Shown here: positions 30,294 through 33,839 of the stretch, piece after piece
Numbering within the stretch: position 1 is the stretch's first letter
Layout: each line of letters starts with the position of its first letter
Sequence record: SRR22947727_2248
Direction: 5' to 3' (one strand)
Length of the DNA stretch: 33,839 bases
Made by a program: the position numbers and the translations under genes
Notes under the pieces: model-generated
Database searches by the model: none
The model's input: only the letters and a program-made list of their open reading frames with translations
Told to the model about the DNA's origin: nothing

Positions 30294-31112
30294 TTAAGAA
30301 AAACCGTCCTCGGGTTTGAGCAAAGTTTTGTGGTAGGGAACCAAATCATCGGCCTCGCAAAACCCTGCATTCCGCGCCGTTGATAGGATTGCGGATCGGT
30401 TTTGCCCAAGATGCTCGTAAACCGACCGGGTGAAACGATCGCCGGTGGGTTTTTCTTGCACTGTGCGGGTGCTATATCCAAGCCAGTAATTGTTTTCAAA
30501 TGAGGGAACCGGCGTTTAAAAATTAAAAGAACAACTCATCGACCCGCGGCGAAAAACCAAAGCCGCTATGCCGTCTTCCTGCGCGATTACAAAGCCTCGA
30601 AATTCGCGAATTTTTGGCAGACTTGCTAAGCCTTGCCCCGAAATGGCCTCTTTGGCTTCCATGCCGCGTAAAAAGCATTTCTTGTTTTTACGATAGACAA
30701 AAATCAAGCCTTGGATAAAACGTTGATCATCCACAAAGCTGCGCCGCGAGAAGCGGTAAAAGCCGCTGGGAAAGCTGTTTGTGTTGACAAGGCTTGAGGC
30801 TGCGGTGAGAAAATCTTTCATCTCATTGCTAAAAACCACATCCGTATTACTGTTTTGCACTTCGTCCAGGGGCAGTAACAGAATCCGTGCATACACTTTA
30901 AAATATGCGCAGTTTCTTTGTAAAATATCTGGCCGCGGAAAGCTTTCACCCGATAGGTAGCGGTTAAATTGGGTGCGATTGATGCCCAATTCGCGGCATA
31001 GCGCCGAGACCGACGCGTAGGGCTGGCATAAGAGGCGCAGATTTCGCCCAAACATGGCACGAAGTTCTGCTGGCGACTCGGATCTTTCTGAATGGTTTTC
31101 TATCATTTTCAT
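30294..31112 (-). pseudogene. XRE-family HTH transcriptional regulator with an internal nonsense codon
   Basis: LCRELGINRTQFNRYLSGESFPRP HTH. After TAA at 30516-30518 the same frame stays open (TPVPSFENNYWLGYSTRTVQE...YEHLGQ...AGFCE...LVPYHKTLLKPEDGFS*) to a stop at 30294, giving about 272 codons. Confidence 0.75.
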
Positions 31113-31330
31113 TAATCGCGTTTAAATTTAAAATACTAAATAAAATCAACCCTAGAGGGTGCACTGATCGTTAAACGTGTAAATTTATGCTTTGTCGCTT
31201 CAGCGGCGACACAATATGAAACTACGTTGAAGTTTTTCGACACAAATTGCAAGTCAGTGTTCAGATTCAAAGATAGAGTATGGCCCGCTTTTCCCGCAAA
31301 ATCAGTTCATGGTTAGGAAAGGATGATGTG

Positions 31331-31693
31331 ATGAACGGCGTTATTATTTGGAGTGAACACGTATCGAAGCGCGCAATTATCTGGTGTGAGGATCATGGGC
31401 GTTTAGCATTTTTCAAAGCTGAGGAGACGCTTCAAGGTGAGTTATCTCGCAAAAATCAGGTATTTGCCTATGAAAGTGGCGATATGGTGTCTTTCACCGT
31501 AGATGAGCAAGCTGATTTACGGCTCGCCCGCGATTTACAATGGGTCAGCCGTCAGAAATATCCGCATCTTGCCGAGCAATTGAAAGCGGGTTCTTCTTCT
31601 TTCGCTGCGGTTGCGCGCCCCTCGGGGAACATTGTTCAATTCAGATGCGTTGAACCAACGGATCCGGGTGCTGAAGCTTATGAGGTGGCTTGA
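31331..31693 (+). CDS. Conserved hypothetical protein (cold-shock/OB-fold-like N-terminus)
   Basis: MNGVIIWS..KRAIIWCEDHGRLAF and GDMVSF...RLARDL. AGGAAAGG RBS before ATG 31331; divergent from the XRE gene. Confidence 0.7.
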   Translation: MNGVIIWSEHVSKRAIIWCEDHGRLAFFKAEETLQGELSRKNQVFAYESGDMVSFTVDEQADLRLARDLQWVSRQKYPHLAEQLKAGSSSFAAVARPSGNIVQFRCVEPTDPGAEAYEVA

Positions 31694-31896
31694 AGCGCGG
31701 GATTATAAAACTGCACTACTGTCCCCTACGATGCAATTGGCTTAGCGATGCAGAAATTTAAACCCAAGACGAAAGCGTCTTAAGCGCGGCTAAACTTTCT
31801 TCAGGGATGTGTCAAAGCCTGAGTGAGCCATACAAAAAACCTAACCTTTTGTATGTGTGGCGCAGGAAAATAAAATGGAAAAAAGGATGTAATCAA

Positions 31897-32124
31897 ATGG
31901 GCATTCATCAAATTTTATACGATAGGCGCGTGCAAGAGGCTTTAGATGGGTATAATGCGGCACATGGTTCTGATCTTGTGTTACGGTGTGGCCCCGATGA
32001 CCTTTGGGCTTTCATGTTAACCGTAGAAGCTCTTGGCCCTCAGACGGAGTTACCCCCAGATTTATTGGCATGTTTGCAGCATGCGCCGCAAAGTAAGGCG
32101 CAACCAAGGATCGTAAACGAATAG
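31897..32124 (+). CDS. Hypothetical small protein (75 aa)
   Basis: ATG at 31897 with an AAAGGA RBS and plausible composition. No recognised domain. Confidence 0.45.
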   Translation: MGIHQILYDRRVQEALDGYNAAHGSDLVLRCGPDDLWAFMLTVEALGPQTELPPDLLACLQHAPQSKAQPRIVNE

Positions 32125-32260
32125 CAGGCGCGAAACCGCGGCTTAATTACGTGCTAAATCCAGTCTTAACAATTTGCTTTAAACGAGACCAAGCGACACC
32201 GTAGTCAAGATAGCCGGTCGAACGCCAAAAGCACCCTCAGCGTCCAAAAACCATTGCAGT

Positions 32261-32818
32261 TTAGCCGCGCGAAAGCGCCGCCACGCCCGTGCGCGCTATT
32301 TCGGTTAAACCAAGAGGGCGCATTAGATCCGCAAACGCGTCTACCTTTTCGATGGTACCGGTTATTTGGAACACAAAACTGTCTAGCGTGCTGTCTACAA
32401 CATTCGCGCGGAAAATATCTGCAAGGCGCAGCGCCTCAACCCGCTTTTCGCCGTTTCCCGATACTTTTATCAGAGCCAATTCGCGTTCAACCGATTGGCC
32501 TTCCACGGTGAGATCACGCACTTCATGCACTGGCACAATTCTGCTCAGCTGGGCTTTGATTTGCTCGATCACTTGAGGTGTCCCTGTGGTTACGATTGTG
32601 ATCCGGCTGAGCTGGCCTTGATGGTCAACCTCGGCAACCGTTAGGCTATCGATATTATATCCACGGCCTGAAAATAAACCAATCACCCGCGCAAGCACGC
32701 CCGCCTCATTATCGACCAAAATCGTTAGAGTATGCGGTTCTTCCATTTCAGCATAATTGGCGCGCAAGTTATACGCCGAATGCTTTGATGAACCCTTTTC
32801 GATTTTTAAAGCTGACAT
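32261..32818 (-). CDS. ilvN: Acetolactate synthase small (regulatory) subunit
   Basis: LVDNEAGVLARVIGLFSGRGYNIDSL ACT domain, ERELALIKV and EIARTG. AAGGA RBS. Confidence 0.96.
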   Translation of the reverse strand: MSALKIEKGSSKHSAYNLRANYAEMEEPHTLTILVDNEAGVLARVIGLFSGRGYNIDSLTVAEVDHQGQLSRITIVTTGTPQVIEQIKAQLSRIVPVHEVRDLTVEGQSVERELALIKVSGNGEKRVEALRLADIFRANVVDSTLDSFVFQITGTIEKVDAFADLMRPLGLTEIARTGVAALSRG

Positions 32819-32851
32819 GCCATTTCCTTTACTGCGCGGATAAACCGCTGG

Positions 32852-33839
32852 TTACACCAACACGGCGCCTGTGCTATCGATTGCGTCTTGCGTTGAGGCC
32901 TCACCCAAAAGCATCTTATTATGTGGCTGCCCTGATGGGATCATAGGAAAACAGTTTTCGTGCTTTTCAACCAAACAATCAAAAATCACTGGACCATCAT
33001 AAGCCAACATTTCCATAATTGCATCATCTAGATCAGCCGGATCGCTGCATAAAATACCTTTGCACCCAAATGCCTCTGCCAATTTAACGAAATCGGGCAG
33101 GGCTTCCGACCAGCTTTGCGAATACCGCTCTCCATGCAGCAATTCTTGCCATTGGCGAACCATCCCAAGGCGTTCATTGTTTAAGATAAACTGCTTAACT
33201 GGGGCGCGATATTGAACCGCAGTGCCCATTTCTTGCATATTCATTAACCAGCTGGCTTCGCCTGCCACGTTGATCACAAGCGCATCTGGATGGGCGATTT
33301 GCACGCCAATTGATGCAGGAAACCCATAGCCCATCGTTCCCAAGCCCCCTGAGGTCATCCATTGATTTGGGTGCTCAAATCCCAAATATTGCGCCGCCCA
33401 CATTTGATGCTGACCAACTTCAGTGCAGATATAGCGATCTTGGCGATGCTTTGTCAGCGCTTCTAGGCGCGTCAATGCATGTTGCGGTTTGATGGTGGAT
33501 GTATTGGGCTTAAAATCGAGGCAGCGCACTTTTTGCCATTCGTTGATTTGCACCCACCATTTTGTAAGGGCCGCGGCGTTGGTCTTGCGGCCGCGCGATT
33601 TCCACAGCTTCAGGATATCCTCTAAGATATGGCCCACATCCCCGATGATCGGGATATCGGTTTTTATCACTTTATTTATTGAGGAGGGATCAATATCGAT
33701 ATGCGCTTTGAGCGAGCCGGGGCTGAACGCATCCAAGCGCCCTGTGATCCGATCATCAAAGCGCGCCCCTATATTGATCATTAAATCGCAATCATGCATT
33801 GCCAGATTGGCTTCATACAGACCATGCATGCCCAACATG
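32852..33839 (-). CDS. ilvB: Acetolactate synthase large subunit (partial, 5' end outside window)
   Basis: [32 protein letters not shown] and [13 protein letters not shown]. Confidence 0.96.
   Translation of the reverse strand, partial: MLGMHGLYEANLAMHDCDLMINIGARFDDRITGRLDAFSPGSLKAHIDIDPSSINKVIKTDIPIIGDVGHILEDILKLWKSRGRKTNAAALTKWWVQINEWQKVRCLDFKPNTSTIKPQHALTRLEALTKHRQDRYICTEVGQHQMWAAQYLGFEHPNQWMTSGGLGTMGYGFPASIGVQIAHPDALVINVAGEASWLMNMQEMGTAVQYRAPVKQFILNNERLGMVRQWQELLHGERYSQSWSEALPDFVKLAEAFGCKGILCSDPADLDDAIMEMLAYDGPVIFDCLVEKHENCFPMIPSGQPHNKMLLGEASTQDAIDSTGAVLV

Noticed and set aside
30236-30499. 87-aa ORF as an independent gene
   Set aside because: It is a shadow frame of the XRE regulator's read-through C-terminus.
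741-33492. Numerous short overlapping or antisense ORFs in the six-frame track
   Set aside because: They lie within well-supported genes and have no motifs or RBS; treated as shadow ORFs.
1-33839. CRISPR arrays, rRNA/tRNA genes, prophage or defence genes
   Set aside because: No repeat-spacer periodicity, RNA-gene signatures or diagnostic protein motifs seen by eye.

Overview
Chromosomal window from an alphaproteobacterium of the Rhodobacterales/Roseobacter group (inferred from gene order and protein motifs; about 50% GC by eye). The backbone is housekeeping. It holds the 3' end of a GatB/YqeY gene, DUF2244, ctaD, lipB, a CBS protein, a quinone oxidoreductase, a stand-alone cNMP-binding protein, a DUF1127 small protein followed by a cuckoo/CcsR-like sRNA, and Mrp/ApbC. 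Next comes the first part of the dcw cluster (mraZ-rsmH-ftsL-ftsI-murE-murF-mraY-murD-[HI0933 flavoprotein]-ftsW-murG-murC), preceded by an UpsM-like terminated leader. After it lies a module of XRE regulator (internal stop), Rieske oxygenase, small protein and AbrB-family membrane protein, then two hypotheticals and ilvN/ilvB. Two AT-rich islets (about 180-1960 and 6200-9400) carry GT2 glycosyltransferases, an FkbM methyltransferase and a decayed IS3 end. The most interesting signals are non-coding and lie between 11.2 and 13.45 kb: anti-SD hairpins of a single CcsR-like RNA, a LysR-type palindrome, phased TGGGA (MraZ-type) boxes, and a 31-bp-spaced tandem pair of NrdR-like boxes upstream of the cell-division cluster. 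The reductase-less Rieske module is also notable. All calls come from reading motifs by eye; no database search was run.
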